Shown: positions 8,452 to 17,261, numbered from the stretch's first letter. The stretch is 37,994 nucleotides of DNA from a virus (IMGVR_UViG_3300031716_000028:1-37994); one strand, 5' to 3'. Made by a program: numbers and translations. The notes: generated by a model from the letters alone, not told the origin.

Positions 8452-9441
8452 TCACTCCTCGATCGCATTGACGCGGTTCAGTAAGCTCTCGAGTTCGCTG
8501 TAGCCTTCCTCGATGACCAGCTTTTCGAGATATTCCTTGTTGTCTTTTTTGAACAGGCGCAGCTGCTCGATCGGGACCTTGTCGAGAATCTGCACGACCT
8601 GCGACTTGTAGGTCGTAATATCCTCGCGCACTGCCGGCGGCCTGCCGAGCGACGTGAAAAATATCTCGAACTTGTCGCGCTTGTAGGTTTTCGGCTGGAT
8701 CGGCTCGCCGGTGGCGCCGTCGACGATGACCCCCTTGTCGGGCGTAATCCATGCCGGTTTGTTCTGCTCCTCAACAGCCTGTTCCATCGCGCCCGCCATG
8801 ATAATCGGCTGAGTCCCGGCGTTCAGCGGCATATCCCGCCCGAGTCGGCGCTTGGGTGTTTTTATGCACATCGCAGGGAAGCCGACCAGCGGATCATTCC
8901 ACGGCGAATCAGCCTTTTTTGCACCCGGAGATTTCGCCTTGACCGCGAGTATCTCGTCGATGGACATCACCTGTATCAGCGGCGCGCGCCCCGGCGTTTC
9001 GGCCTTGGCGTAGGCGGCGAGTATCTTGCGGCTGCTCTCGTTGCCCAGCATGGGGCGATGATGGATAAACCCGCCCGTCCCTATCTGGTAATCAAATTCG
9101 TCGCCCTCGCGCACCACAGCGCCCCCCAGCGTATAACCGGAGCGGGCGAACATGGTGTTATAGCCCTTGTACCCGGTCATAAACTGCGCCTTGCCAGCGA
9201 ACGGAATCAGGAAGCCCTGGCCGGTTACCCCGTCGACCTCGAGCCCGAGGCAGGCGGCCGTCATGGCGCTGTTCAGGATCGACTGGCGGTTGCATTCCAG
9301 CAGCTTCGGCAGGCGGTCGATGGATACCATAACGGTACGCATCAGCCGCTCGACTGGCATTTTATAGGCCGCGAGGACCTGCTCGAAGCTGGGCGCCAGC
9401 TGCCCGAGCTGCTGCTCGATGACTTTCAGTTCGTTGCTCAT
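8452..9441 (-). CDS. recT: RecT-family single-strand annealing protein
   Basis: Motifs PKLLECNRQSILNSAMTAACLGLE, GFLIPF, QFMTGYKG, VVREGDEF and MCIKT; adjacent to a YqaJ exonuclease. Confidence 0.9.
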   Translation of the reverse strand: MSNELKVIEQQLGQLAPSFEQVLAAYKMPVERLMRTVMVSIDRLPKLLECNRQSILNSAMTAACLGLEVDGVTGQGFLIPFAGKAQFMTGYKGYNTMFARSGYTLGGAVVREGDEFDYQIGTGGFIHHRPMLGNESSRKILAAYAKAETPGRAPLIQVMSIDEILAVKAKSPGAKKADSPWNDPLVGFPAMCIKTPKRRLGRDMPLNAGTQPIIMAGAMEQAVEEQNKPAWITPDKGVIVDGATGEPIQPKTYKRDKFEIFFTSLGRPPAVREDITTYKSQVVQILDKVPIEQLRLFKKDNKEYLEKLVIEEGYSELESLLNRVNAIEE

Positions 9442-10328
9442 AAATCAATCTCGCGCAGCTTCAGCCGGGTCTGGGTATGAGCCTTGACCAGCTGGGTACG
9501 CTCGGCGATTTTGACCGTCGTCGCCCTGACCTCGTACCCCGGCACGTTCAGATACTCGGCGTCTTGCAGCATGGCGCGAATTTTGACCTTGCTGGCCTCC
9601 TCGAGCTTTTCATGCTCGAGCCGCTGCGCCTTGTGGAAGTCGTACGCCTGCACGATTTCATGCGCCTCGGGCGTCATGACCTCGATCACCTTGCCCGGCT
9701 TGCGTTCGGCATACAGCTGGGCGAGGCCGGGGATTTCGCGCGGGGAACCGAACGCATCCGGCTCGCGCCGCTCGTCGCAGCGTTTCCAGAAGTCCGCAAC
9801 CTCGGCGATGATAAGATTCTGCTGCTCGGGGTTCGGCTTGCGCCTGTGGATAACTAAATCGTTCCCGCCGATCAGCACCGGGATAATTCCCCACTGGCAA
9901 GAACCGTGCAGTGCGGCCAGGACCATAATCTGGACTTGGAGCTGCAGCTCGATATGAGGCGGGGCGGCGTCCTCGGTCCATTCGCTCCGGTAGACGAGTG
10001 CGTCGACGTTCTTGGCCTCGACCGCACCGATACCGAGTGCCGGGTCGAATACATCGGCGTCCGCCGTGTAGCCGATCCTGACGCCTTCCAAGCGACGATA
10101 CTCCTCGGCCGCATTCTCCCGTACCTCTAGCCGCATCTGTTCAGCAGCGGCCAGCAGGATCACGCTCTGGAGCTTTTTACCCCAAGTCATCCGCGTGCTC
10201 GCGGCGATGTCCAGCTCGAGATTGCTGACGGCCCAGTGGTACAGCATCCAGAGGGTCACATAGGGCGACTGGTTGAACAGGCCGGGGATCTGGGTCGCGG
10301 AAAGGGTTTTTTTCGTAATGTCAGGCAT
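9438..10328 (-). CDS. YqaJ-like viral recombinase exonuclease (lambda Exo family)
   Basis: Motifs SAT..GL..QSPY, MTWGKKLQ, TADAD, EAKN and PPHIELQLQVQ; translationally coupled to recT. Confidence 0.85.
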   Translation of the reverse strand: MPDITKKTLSATQIPGLFNQSPYVTLWMLYHWAVSNLELDIAASTRMTWGKKLQSVILLAAAEQMRLEVRENAAEEYRRLEGVRIGYTADADVFDPALGIGAVEAKNVDALVYRSEWTEDAAPPHIELQLQVQIMVLAALHGSCQWGIIPVLIGGNDLVIHRRKPNPEQQNLIIAEVADFWKRCDERREPDAFGSPREIPGLAQLYAERKPGKVIEVMTPEAHEIVQAYDFHKAQRLEHEKLEEASKVKIRAMLQDAEYLNVPGYEVRATTVKIAERTQLVKAHTQTRLKLREIDL

Positions 10329-10352
10329 GGTTATCTCCTCATGTTAAGAATT

Positions 10353-10379
10353 GCCCGCCGGTTTGAGGTCCCGGCGGGG
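10353..10379 (-). other. Intergenic GC-rich hairpin (weak terminator or processing/regulatory stem)
   Basis: CCCGCCGG-TTTGAGGTC-CCGGCGGG, with a poor U-tract. Confidence 0.5.
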
Positions 10380-10385
10380 TAAAGG

Positions 10386-11012
10386 TCAGGCGGTTGCAGC
10401 CCTGGCGGCGGCCTCGTCTTTCATCGCCCAATAAATCTCGATGCAGGCGCGCACGTCAGCCATGGCGTTATGCGCGTTTTCCATCGGCTTGCCGATAATG
10501 TGCTGATACGCCTCGATGAGCTTCGGCTTTTTGTACGTCTTGCCGAACCCGGCCGCCCGCATCCTGTCGGTCGCCGGCAGCTTACAAATCGGCTTCGACA
10601 TTTCGCAGGTACATTCCGACTTGCCGGCTTTGAACTCGTCCGCGGCCTCGTCGCCCCAGCCGTACCGCTTTAATGCGATGCGGATAATGCGGGCGTCGAA
10701 ATCCTCGTTATGGGCAATGCGGGAATCGCACCGCAGCCACATGCCCATAAACAGCGTTAAAGCCTGCTCCTCGTCGACACCGAGCGACTGCGCGGTTTCG
10801 GTCGTTATCCCGTGTATTTCCGCCACTTCTTTCGGGATTTCCCAGCCGTCCGGCTTGATTATCAGGTCGATCGAGGCAACGATTTTGCGGCTGCCAGGGT
10901 CGACCAGCGCGGCGGCGAGCTGGACCATATGCGGCTGATGAGGGGCTTCGGAGGGCTGCGAAAAGTCAGGCAGCCCGGTTGTCTCGGTATCGTAGAAGAA
11001 CAGCCCGGCCAT
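10386..11012 (-). CDS. DEDDh 3'-5' exonuclease (DnaQ/Pol III epsilon-like)
   Basis: ExoI YDTETTG, ExoII AHNEDFD, ExoIII AHNAMADV. Confidence 0.9.
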   Translation of the reverse strand: MAGLFFYDTETTGLPDFSQPSEAPHQPHMVQLAAALVDPGSRKIVASIDLIIKPDGWEIPKEVAEIHGITTETAQSLGVDEEQALTLFMGMWLRCDSRIAHNEDFDARIIRIALKRYGWGDEAADEFKAGKSECTCEMSKPICKLPATDRMRAAGFGKTYKKPKLIEAYQHIIGKPMENAHNAMADVRACIEIYWAMKDEAAARAATA

Positions 11013-11557
11013 TATTGCACCGAGTTCAGCGGGATTTCCGGCTGATCCTTATCGGGCTTGACCTTGTCGGTACCGCCGCGGAACTGGTCGGGCTTCGGCG
11101 GCAGCACGATCAACACGCTGGACATCCTGCGGTCGCAGAGTTCATGCAACATGGGCGAACTCGGCACCAGCAGCGACGCCTTGTTTTTATCCTTCAGCGT
11201 TACACCCTCGAGGGTGCATTCGATCGTCGGATAGTTCTGGCTGCCGAGGGTATGAATCGCCTGCTTTATGGCGTGCTCAATGCGCCGAGTCAGGCGATCG
11301 ATAACCTCGCCCTGCTTGCGTTCGCTGAGTTTCTGCCAGACCTCGGGCATGACTTTCAGCTCATCGATGCAGCCGCCCAGCAGATCCCCGAGCATGGTCT
11401 CCTCGGCGACCTCGAGCGGCAGCCGGGTATCCTCGGGCAGCGGCGAGTCGTCGAGCTGGTTCGCGGCCTCGCCCTGGCTGGCCTCGGCCGCCTGTTCGCC
11501 GACCTGCTCGGCCTGCTGCTGGACCTCGCCGGCGGCGGGCTGTTTCTCTTTCTTCAT
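11012..11557 (-). CDS. Hypothetical phage protein (181 aa)
   Basis: AGGAG ribosome-binding site; coupled to the downstream exonuclease gene; no motif recognised with confidence. Confidence 0.7.
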   Translation of the reverse strand: MKKEKQPAAGEVQQQAEQVGEQAAEASQGEAANQLDDSPLPEDTRLPLEVAEETMLGDLLGGCIDELKVMPEVWQKLSERKQGEVIDRLTRRIEHAIKQAIHTLGSQNYPTIECTLEGVTLKDKNKASLLVPSSPMLHELCDRRMSSVLIVLPPKPDQFRGGTDKVKPDKDQPEIPLNSVQ

Positions 11558-11579
11558 GGTTTTGCTCCTGTGGATGGTT

Positions 11580-11619
11580 AAAAAAACGGGGCGCCTTTGA
11601 GGGTACGCCGGCGCCCCGT
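11580..11619 (-). terminator. Intrinsic terminator within the leftward operon
   Basis: Stem ACGGGGCGCC (11586-11595)/GGCGCCCCGT (11610-11619) followed on the minus strand by a T7 tract. Confidence 0.7.
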
Positions 11620-11629
11620 ATCCCTCGGC

Positions 11630-12901
11630 CTACGCAGCAGGTGAGGACTGCGCAGGTTGCGGATTCTTGACTTGCCCGTCCTCGATGACGATGCCGACCT
11701 GGCCGGACTCGTCGACGCGCTCGATCCAGACCTGATAATCCGAGTCGAGGGCCATGGCTTCGAGGGCTTTCAGGCTGTCGCTGTCCAGCAGCGAGCCGTC
11801 GGTAACGCGCAAGACACGCAGCTTGGGGTTCATTGCCATCGCCATGGCGACCGATACCCGCAGCTGCTCGGCCGCGCTGGCCTGCTCGAGCGGGATGCCG
11901 TTGAACAGGACGATGCCCTCGCCGAACTGCAGGCCTTTCACCGGCATCGTTGCGCTGCTGATAAGGTCGGCTTTCTGGGCGTCGACCGTTTCGATTTCAG
12001 CGGCGCAGGCTTTGCCGAGGGCCTCGACCGCTGCGACCTCCTCGCCGAGTTTTACCCATTTCTGGTACTGCTCGGCGTTCTTATTGGCGGCCTCAATGCC
12101 GTTTATCCGGGCCTTGATTTCCGCCAAGTCGCGCGGCTGCTGGTTCGCGATCGCCTCGATGTTCGGGCGGCGGGTTTTGATCGCTGCGATTCTTTCGCGG
12201 TACTCGGCGATACGGTCCTCGAGTTCAGCAATCTCTGCCTCGGCTCGCCTGACATCGCGGTCGCCCTCGGCGAGTCGCTGCTTGGCATCTTCGATGCCGG
12301 CATTGACGGCCGTCGCCTGCTGGTACTCATCGAGCAGCTCATTGGCCGAGACCGTTGCCTTGGCGCCATCGGGGTCGAACCGTATCGCCTCTTTCTGGGC
12401 GAGCAGGCTGCGGTACTGGCGGCCGTGGTCGGTGCGCCGGTCATAGGCGGCCTGCCGTTTCAGGTCCAGCTGGGAAAAGTCGAGGCCCAGCATTTCGCGC
12501 AGGGTTTTGAACTGCTCGGCCGGGCTCTGGCGCATAAATTCCAGCGGGTCGAACGACAGGCGGCCGACCAGCTCGTCGAGCATTTTCTGCGGGCTGCCGA
12601 ACTTCGCGCCCTCTTTGTTCCGGATTTCCAGCGCGCTCTCGACCTTGCCGTCCTTGTCCTTGAATTTCCGCTCGACGATGATGTCGCCGAGGTCGAGCGT
12701 TACCTGCGCGCGGTCCTGGCCTTTCCTGATCGGCTTCGCCTGAATCACCGAAGCCCCGCCGAGCGCAGCCATGATGCCGTCCAATATCGACGTTTTGCCG
12801 GCGCCGTTCTTCCCCGTAATCTGGACAACATGACCGTCGGGGGTTATCTCGACGGCGACCAGCTTTTTAAAATTTTCCGCTTTAAAGTTGAGAATTTTCA
12901 T
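11630..12901 (-). CDS. SMC/RecN/SbcC-like ABC ATPase with central coiled coil
   Basis: ENFKK, Walker A GKNGAGKTS, coiled coil, signature-like QASAAEQ, Walker B-like LRVTDGSLLD. Confidence 0.85.
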   Translation of the reverse strand: MKILNFKAENFKKLVAVEITPDGHVVQITGKNGAGKTSILDGIMAALGGASVIQAKPIRKGQDRAQVTLDLGDIIVERKFKDKDGKVESALEIRNKEGAKFGSPQKMLDELVGRLSFDPLEFMRQSPAEQFKTLREMLGLDFSQLDLKRQAAYDRRTDHGRQYRSLLAQKEAIRFDPDGAKATVSANELLDEYQQATAVNAGIEDAKQRLAEGDRDVRRAEAEIAELEDRIAEYRERIAAIKTRRPNIEAIANQQPRDLAEIKARINGIEAANKNAEQYQKWVKLGEEVAAVEALGKACAAEIETVDAQKADLISSATMPVKGLQFGEGIVLFNGIPLEQASAAEQLRVSVAMAMAMNPKLRVLRVTDGSLLDSDSLKALEAMALDSDYQVWIERVDESGQVGIVIEDGQVKNPQPAQSSPAA

Positions 12902-13115
12902 CGGTTAAAACCTCTTTTAGCTCCAAGTGTGTGACGTTCTTTAAGGCCATGACCCCGACCTCGAGGGTTTTGGTGAAGAACTCGAACTGCTTTTCGGACA
13001 TTGAAAGGTCGCCAGCATAGAGCAGCGCGTCGGGATGGTCCCCCGTTGAAAAAACCATCGAGACCGTGCCGTTTCTATGCCGGCGGTAACTGATTTTTAC
13101 GGCGAGGCTAGCCAC
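12882..13115 (-). CDS. Hypothetical protein (77 aa, GTG start)
   Basis: Fills the gap between neighbours with short overlaps; the start is uncertain. Confidence 0.55.
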   Translation of the reverse strand: MASLAVKISYRRHRNGTVSMVFSTGDHPDALLYAGDLSMSEKQFEFFTKTLEVGVMALKNVTHLELKEVLTDENSQL

Positions 13116-13329
13116 CCGCCACCGCCGGGCGGGTCTTTGCCCGCTCGATCGCCTTGATTGCCTCGTCAAGGTTATCGTCGCCGATGACGACCTCGGCCTC
13201 GGTATTGTTGGGGCAGCGCGCAACGAGGGTTATTTTTACGCCGTATTCAGGCTTGAAAAGCAGCGCCACCTGATCCAGCAGCCGGGATAATTCGGCCTCG
13301 GCTATTTTTACAGCTATGGACTTTTGCAT
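13108..13329 (-). CDS. Hypothetical protein (73 aa)
   Basis: Tightly packed in the operon; GAGGGG upstream. Confidence 0.6.
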   Translation of the reverse strand: MQKSIAVKIAEAELSRLLDQVALLFKPEYGVKITLVARCPNNTEAEVVIGDDNLDEAIKAIERAKTRPAVAGG

Positions 13330-13332
13330 GCC

Positions 13333-13647
13333 TTAACCCCTCATCAGGTCAACGCCGAGCGCCGACTGCCGGCCGTTTTCGCCATACTCGGCGTCCTCGG
13401 TTTCCTGGTTCTGGATTTCCTCGAGCCATTCAGCAACGACACCGGAGTCGCGCAGGCAGAGCGCCAGCTCCTCGACGCCCTGAAAAACGCCGTTTATTTT
13501 GAATTGCACGCTGACGATGCGGTCGACCTTCGGCTTATAGCGGACGCACGTGTCGACCACGTAGCCGACTGAGACCTCGAGATTGAGGGAAACCGCAGCC
13601 GGGAATCGGACGCTGGCGGTTGTGTTGTAGTAGCGGATTGTACCCAT
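13333..13647 (-). CDS. Hypothetical protein, first gene of the leftward operon
   Basis: AGGTGA ribosome-binding site; directly downstream of the leftward promoter. Confidence 0.6.
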   Translation of the reverse strand: MGTIRYYNTTASVRFPAAVSLNLEVSVGYVVDTCVRYKPKVDRIVSVQFKINGVFQGVEELALCLRDSGVVAEWLEEIQNQETEDAEYGENGRQSALGVDLMRG

Positions 13648-13662
13648 GATTTCACCTATTTG

Positions 13663-13690
13663 TTGACGTACCCGGAACTGAGGTTATACT
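13663..13690 (+). promoter_or_regulatory. Rightward sigma70-type promoter
   Basis: TTGACG (13663-13668), 16 bp, TATACT (13685-13690). Confidence 0.7.
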
Positions 13691-13709
13691 ACTAACTACT
13701 AATTGTCAA
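13681..13709 (-). promoter_or_regulatory. Leftward sigma70-type promoter overlapping the rightward one
   Basis: Minus strand TTGACA (13709-13704), 17 bp, TAACCT (13686-13681). Confidence 0.7.
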
Positions 13710-13722
13710 CCAAGGAAAACCA

Positions 13723-13920
13723 ATGGCAAAGAAATCGGACACCAAACAAATCTGGGCGCGCTTCACGCCCGAGCAGCTCGAGATAATTGACGCCGCTGCC
13801 GCTGAAGAAAATCGGACCCGCGCGTCCTACATCGCGAACGCTGTAATGACCTACACAAACGACAAGTTCGAGGTCGACGGCGCCGTGACGGAAGCGATCG
13901 CGGCCGAGGAAGAAGAATGA
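13723..13920 (+). CDS. Ribbon-helix-helix (Arc/CopG-like) transcriptional regulator
   Basis: Beta strand KQIWARF, then helices TPEQLEIIDAAAAEE and NRTRASYIANAV. First gene after the divergent promoters. Confidence 0.75.
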   Translation: MAKKSDTKQIWARFTPEQLEIIDAAAAEENRTRASYIANAVMTYTNDKFEVDGAVTEAIAAEEEE

Positions 13921-14348
13921 ACGAGCCGACCCCGGCGCGGGATGACCTGCTCTGCAGTCTCGACCTGCCGTTCCCCCCGTCGGTTAATTCGTACTGGCGG
14001 AACGTCGTCATCAAGGGCCGGCCGCGCACTCTGATATCGGAGGCCGGCCGGCAATACAAAGCCACCATTTTCGGCGAGGTCGTCGAGCAGCGGGCATGCG
14101 CGGCTGTGGCGCCGGATGCCAGGATTGCCGTGTACGTCCTGTTTAAAATGCCCGACCGGCGCCGGCGGGATATCGACAATTACCTAAAATCGCTCCTCGA
14201 CGCCATCACAGAGGCGCGGGTCTGGCTGGATGATTCACAGATTGACCTGCTGACCATCGAGCGGGGCGAGGTCGAGGCGCCAGGGCGGGCGCTGGTCGAG
14301 GTCTACCTGCTGCCCGGCGTGCAAAAAGTGTTGACAATCGGAGGTTAG
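13917..14348 (+). CDS. rusA: RusA Holliday junction resolvase
   Basis: Motifs LPFPPSVNSYWR, PDRRRRDIDNYLKSLLDAI and DDSQID. Confidence 0.92.
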   Translation: MNEPTPARDDLLCSLDLPFPPSVNSYWRNVVIKGRPRTLISEAGRQYKATIFGEVVEQRACAAVAPDARIAVYVLFKMPDRRRRDIDNYLKSLLDAITEARVWLDDSQIDLLTIERGEVEAPGRALVEVYLLPGVQKVLTIGG

Positions 14349-14359
14349 CGGCCGATACT
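14331..14359 (+). promoter_or_regulatory. Sigma70-type promoter for the accessory gene cluster
   Basis: TTGACA (14331-14336), 17 bp, GATACT (14354-14359). Confidence 0.65.
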
Positions 14360-14405
14360 ATCAGTGAAGGGCGCCACTCGGCAGACCCAAAACCGGAGGA
14401 ATCCG

Positions 14406-15359
14406 ATGACACAGCAAGAAATCCAAGTCCCCGACTTCCGGGGCGATATCAACTCCCAGACCGCGCAAGACGCATTCAACGGAACCAGCTGGTCGCCCGA
14501 GCGGCGCGGCCAGCAAATCATCGAGGAATATCAGGGCATGCTGGCCGCCGATTACGTCCAGCTCAAAGCCATGTTTGAAAAAGCTGGCAAGCCTGAGCTG
14601 TTCGAGGAGGAGTTCGCGCGTTACCGGCTGGGATTCAAAAACAAGTTCAACAGCTGGCTCTATGCAAAAAGCCGGTGTATTTCCAGCATGATCGCCGGCC
14701 CCTCGAATTTCCCGACCCGGCGGGCAGAGAAAGCAAACCGGTCGGAAGATAACCGGTATGGCGAGCTGAAAGAATTCCAGCAGCGGGCAAAAAAGGCCAT
14801 GGAAAAGCTCGTATATCCATACGGCGACGGGTCGGTCATCCGGGCGAATGACCCGGAGGCGGTCGAAAAATTACAGCAAAAAGTCGACCAGCTGAAAGCC
14901 CTGCAGGAAACCATGAAAGCGGCCAACAAGGTTGTTAAAAACAAGAAACTGACCGACGAGGAGAAGATCGCCAAGCTGGGCGAAATGGGATACCCCGGCG
15001 CCGTCGCGCGGGAAATTCTGAAGCCCGACTTTTGCGGCCGGATCGGGTTCGCCGACTACCAGCTGTCGAACAACCTCGCCAACATCAAGCGGGTCGAGCA
15101 GCGTATCGCCGACCTGCAACGGGCGGAAACCGCGCCGCAGCTCGAGTTCAAGACCGAGAACGGCATCGAGATTTTCGAGGACGAGGGCCGGGTACAGATC
15201 AAGTTCCCCGGCAAACCGGACGAAAAGGTCCGGGCAATGCTGCGGGGCGCCGCGTTCAAGTGGTCGCCGAGTCGGATGACCTGGGTACGGCAGGCAACAG
15301 GAAACGCCCGGTACGCCGCCGAGCAGCTGGTCAAGCAGCTGGCAGGGGGTGCGCAATGA
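14406..15359 (+). CDS. DUF3560-like mobile-element protein (317 aa)
   Basis: GGAGGA ribosome-binding site before ATG 14406. Motifs SSMIAGPSNFP, AVEKLQQK...QETMKAAN, YQLSNNLANIKR and RVQIKFPGKP...FKWSP resemble proteins of plasmids and phages. Confidence 0.55.
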   Translation: MTQQEIQVPDFRGDINSQTAQDAFNGTSWSPERRGQQIIEEYQGMLAADYVQLKAMFEKAGKPELFEEEFARYRLGFKNKFNSWLYAKSRCISSMIAGPSNFPTRRAEKANRSEDNRYGELKEFQQRAKKAMEKLVYPYGDGSVIRANDPEAVEKLQQKVDQLKALQETMKAANKVVKNKKLTDEEKIAKLGEMGYPGAVAREILKPDFCGRIGFADYQLSNNLANIKRVEQRIADLQRAETAPQLEFKTENGIEIFEDEGRVQIKFPGKPDEKVRAMLRGAAFKWSPSRMTWVRQATGNARYAAEQLVKQLAGGAQ

Positions 15360-15625
15360 TCACCAGCTATAAAAACCCATGGTATGAGCCCGGCGGCAAG
15401 TACGGCCCGCCGGTGTATACCTGCGAAAAGCGGCCGATGATCACCTACCGGGGCGTTCAGATTTTCAAGGTCTGGGAACGCCGGTATGACGTGGTAATGA
15501 ATGGCGTGTGCATAACCCAGCGCGCCGGCGCCAGCAACCCGCGCCAGCTGATCGACAACATCCTCGACGGCAAGGACCCATTTTCAGAACGGGCGCTCGA
15601 GATAGCCCGAGGAGCGGCTCAATGA
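15356..15625 (+). CDS. Hypothetical protein (89 aa)
   Basis: ATGA overlap with the upstream gene; MITSYKNPWY... Confidence 0.7.
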   Translation: MITSYKNPWYEPGGKYGPPVYTCEKRPMITYRGVQIFKVWERRYDVVMNGVCITQRAGASNPRQLIDNILDGKDPFSERALEIARGAAQ

Positions 15626-15816
15626 ACACCCTGAATATCCCGCTGGCCAACAACACCGACGCCCAACTGCTCGAGGAAATCGAGAAGCTGCAACAAATCC
15701 AGAAAACGCACCGCTCGACCTCGCCGGCATGGATCACCGCCGGCTCGTTGCTTGAGCCTTTATTCGCTGAAATGGCGCGCCGCCAGAGGGGGAACGATGA
15801 AAACCGCACTTTATGA
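15622..15816 (+). CDS. Hypothetical protein (64 aa)
   Basis: GAGGAG ribosome-binding site, ATGA overlap; MNTLNIPLAN... Confidence 0.65.
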   Translation: MNTLNIPLANNTDAQLLEEIEKLQQIQKTHRSTSPAWITAGSLLEPLFAEMARRQRGNDENRTL

Positions 15817-15964
15817 GCTGCTGACCGAACTCGAGGAGTATTTCGACCAGCGGGCCGACATCGGCGACCAGACCGAGACCGAACACGCCCCGCCGAACGA
15901 CGCTCTTATTTTCCGCGATCGCATCCGCGAGCAACTGAAGCCGATCAACGACGAGGAGGAGTAA
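15797..15964 (+). CDS. Small acidic hypothetical protein (55 aa)
   Basis: GAGGGGG upstream; MKTALYELLTELEEYFD... Confidence 0.6.
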   Translation: MKTALYELLTELEEYFDQRADIGDQTETEHAPPNDALIFRDRIREQLKPINDEEE

Positions 15965-15968
15965 AGCC

Positions 15969-16202
15969 ATGTACACGCAACACCCCGACTTGAAAGACCT
16001 GCCCGACCCATATCTGCCGGCCCAAAAGGCGCTGATTACGCACGTCGATCGCCGGCTCGAGGCTAAGGCCCGCCGCCGCATCGCGCTCGAGAAGTTCGAG
16101 CGGGACCTCGCCGAACAGGACCGCAAGGACCGCCGCTTTTTCTGGGTCTGCATCATCATCCTGCTGTCGTCCCCGGCCGTCGTCTGGTGGCTGACCGCAT
16201 GA
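15969..16202 (+). CDS. Small protein with C-terminal transmembrane segment
   Basis: GAGGAG ribosome-binding site; ends FFWVCIIILLSSPAVVWWLTA. Confidence 0.6.
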   Translation: MYTQHPDLKDLPDPYLPAQKALITHVDRRLEAKARRRIALEKFERDLAEQDRKDRRFFWVCIIILLSSPAVVWWLTA

Positions 16203-16429
16203 TTACGATACCGACATCGGGAGAATTTCGCGCGTTCCTACGCAAGCACGGGCTGACCGGTTCAAAGGCCGCCCAGCTGGCCGGGCTCAAGAACTCGCGC
16301 GGCATCCGCCGCATGTGCGCCGACGAGGCCAGCAAATACCACCGCCCGGTACCGCCGGGCGTCTGGCAAACTCTGCAGGACAAGGTCAACAAGGGGGAGC
16401 ACCTTGAAAACAATAATAAGCCTGTGTGA
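16199..16429 (+). CDS. Small helix-turn-helix DNA-binding protein
   Basis: FRAFLRKHGLTGSKAAQLAGLKNSRGIRRM fits an XRE-like HTH pattern; ATGA overlap. Confidence 0.65.
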   Translation: MITIPTSGEFRAFLRKHGLTGSKAAQLAGLKNSRGIRRMCADEASKYHRPVPPGVWQTLQDKVNKGEHLENNNKPV

Positions 16430-16962
16430 TTTTTCGGGGGAATGGTCAAGGCCATACGCAGAGGCAGGTTATCGAGTCATACAGATAGACATCGCGCACC
16501 CCGCTGGAATGCGCCAGGTTCGAGCGAACGTCTGGACCCTGGGCTGCGATATTCGGTATATGGCCGACCTCGGGCGCCCTTGGGGGATCTTGGCGGCGCC
16601 GTCCTGTACTTGCTTTTGCCGCCCGGGCGCGCGATGGTGGCCGCGCATGGACGCCAGCGGGCAAACAGCCGCCGATATAGAGCTTTTCCGAGCCTGCCTG
16701 CGAATCTGTCAGACCGCCGAGGGATTTTCGGCGCTCGAGAATCCGCCAGGACGGCACCCGCGTTTAATGCCCGAGATACCGCCGCCCAGCTGGCAGTTCC
16801 AGCCATGGGAGTACGGCGACCCGTGGGTCAAACAGACCTACACGACGCACCCCGAACGGTCGCAGCCAGGGGCGCATCGCCTTTATGTCGAGCAGCTGGA
16901 AGCGCGAACGCGAAAAAACACCCGCGGGCTTTGCCCGCGCATTCTTTGAGGCAAACCCATGA
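16404..16962 (+). pseudogene. Phage-type DNA cytosine methyltransferase, frameshifted near 16840
   Basis: Frame 0 has ISLCDFSGEWSRPY, ILAAPSCTCF, ALENPPGR and FQPWEYGDPWVKQT. The family C-terminus KTPAGFARAFFEANP* is in the +1 frame and ends at 16962, overlapping the next ATG. Confidence 0.7.
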
Positions 16963-17261
16963 ACCCCTTATTTATCCCGTTAAAAGCAGAGCATTACGAC
17001 GATTTCGAGGCCGGCGCCAAGGACCGCGAGCTGCGCAAATATGGCGCGCGCTGGAATCAAAAAACATGCCCGGTCGGCCGCGAGGTCATCCTGTCGCGCG
17101 GTTACGGACGGCGGGAACGCATGCGCGGCATAATCTCGGGCTTTGAACAAGCCTGCGCGACGCTGTTGCCCGAGCCGCACCGCTCTAAATTCGCGTCCTG
17201 TTACCCGGATTATGAGGGCTGGGCCGCCGTGATATTTATCTCGGAACTGCGCCCAGTATGA
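16959..17261 (+). CDS. ASCH/PUA-like domain protein
   Basis: LFIPLKAEHYDDFEAGAKDRELR (G-x-K-x-x-E-x-R motif), then VILSRGYG. Confidence 0.7.
   Translation: MNPLFIPLKAEHYDDFEAGAKDRELRKYGARWNQKTCPVGREVILSRGYGRRERMRGIISGFEQACATLLPEPHRSKFASCYPDYEGWAAVIFISELRPV

Noticed and set aside
9845-9853. Perfect DnaA box TGTGGATAA inside the YqaJ gene
   Set aside because: Single copy in coding sequence with no AT-rich neighbour; compatible with chance.
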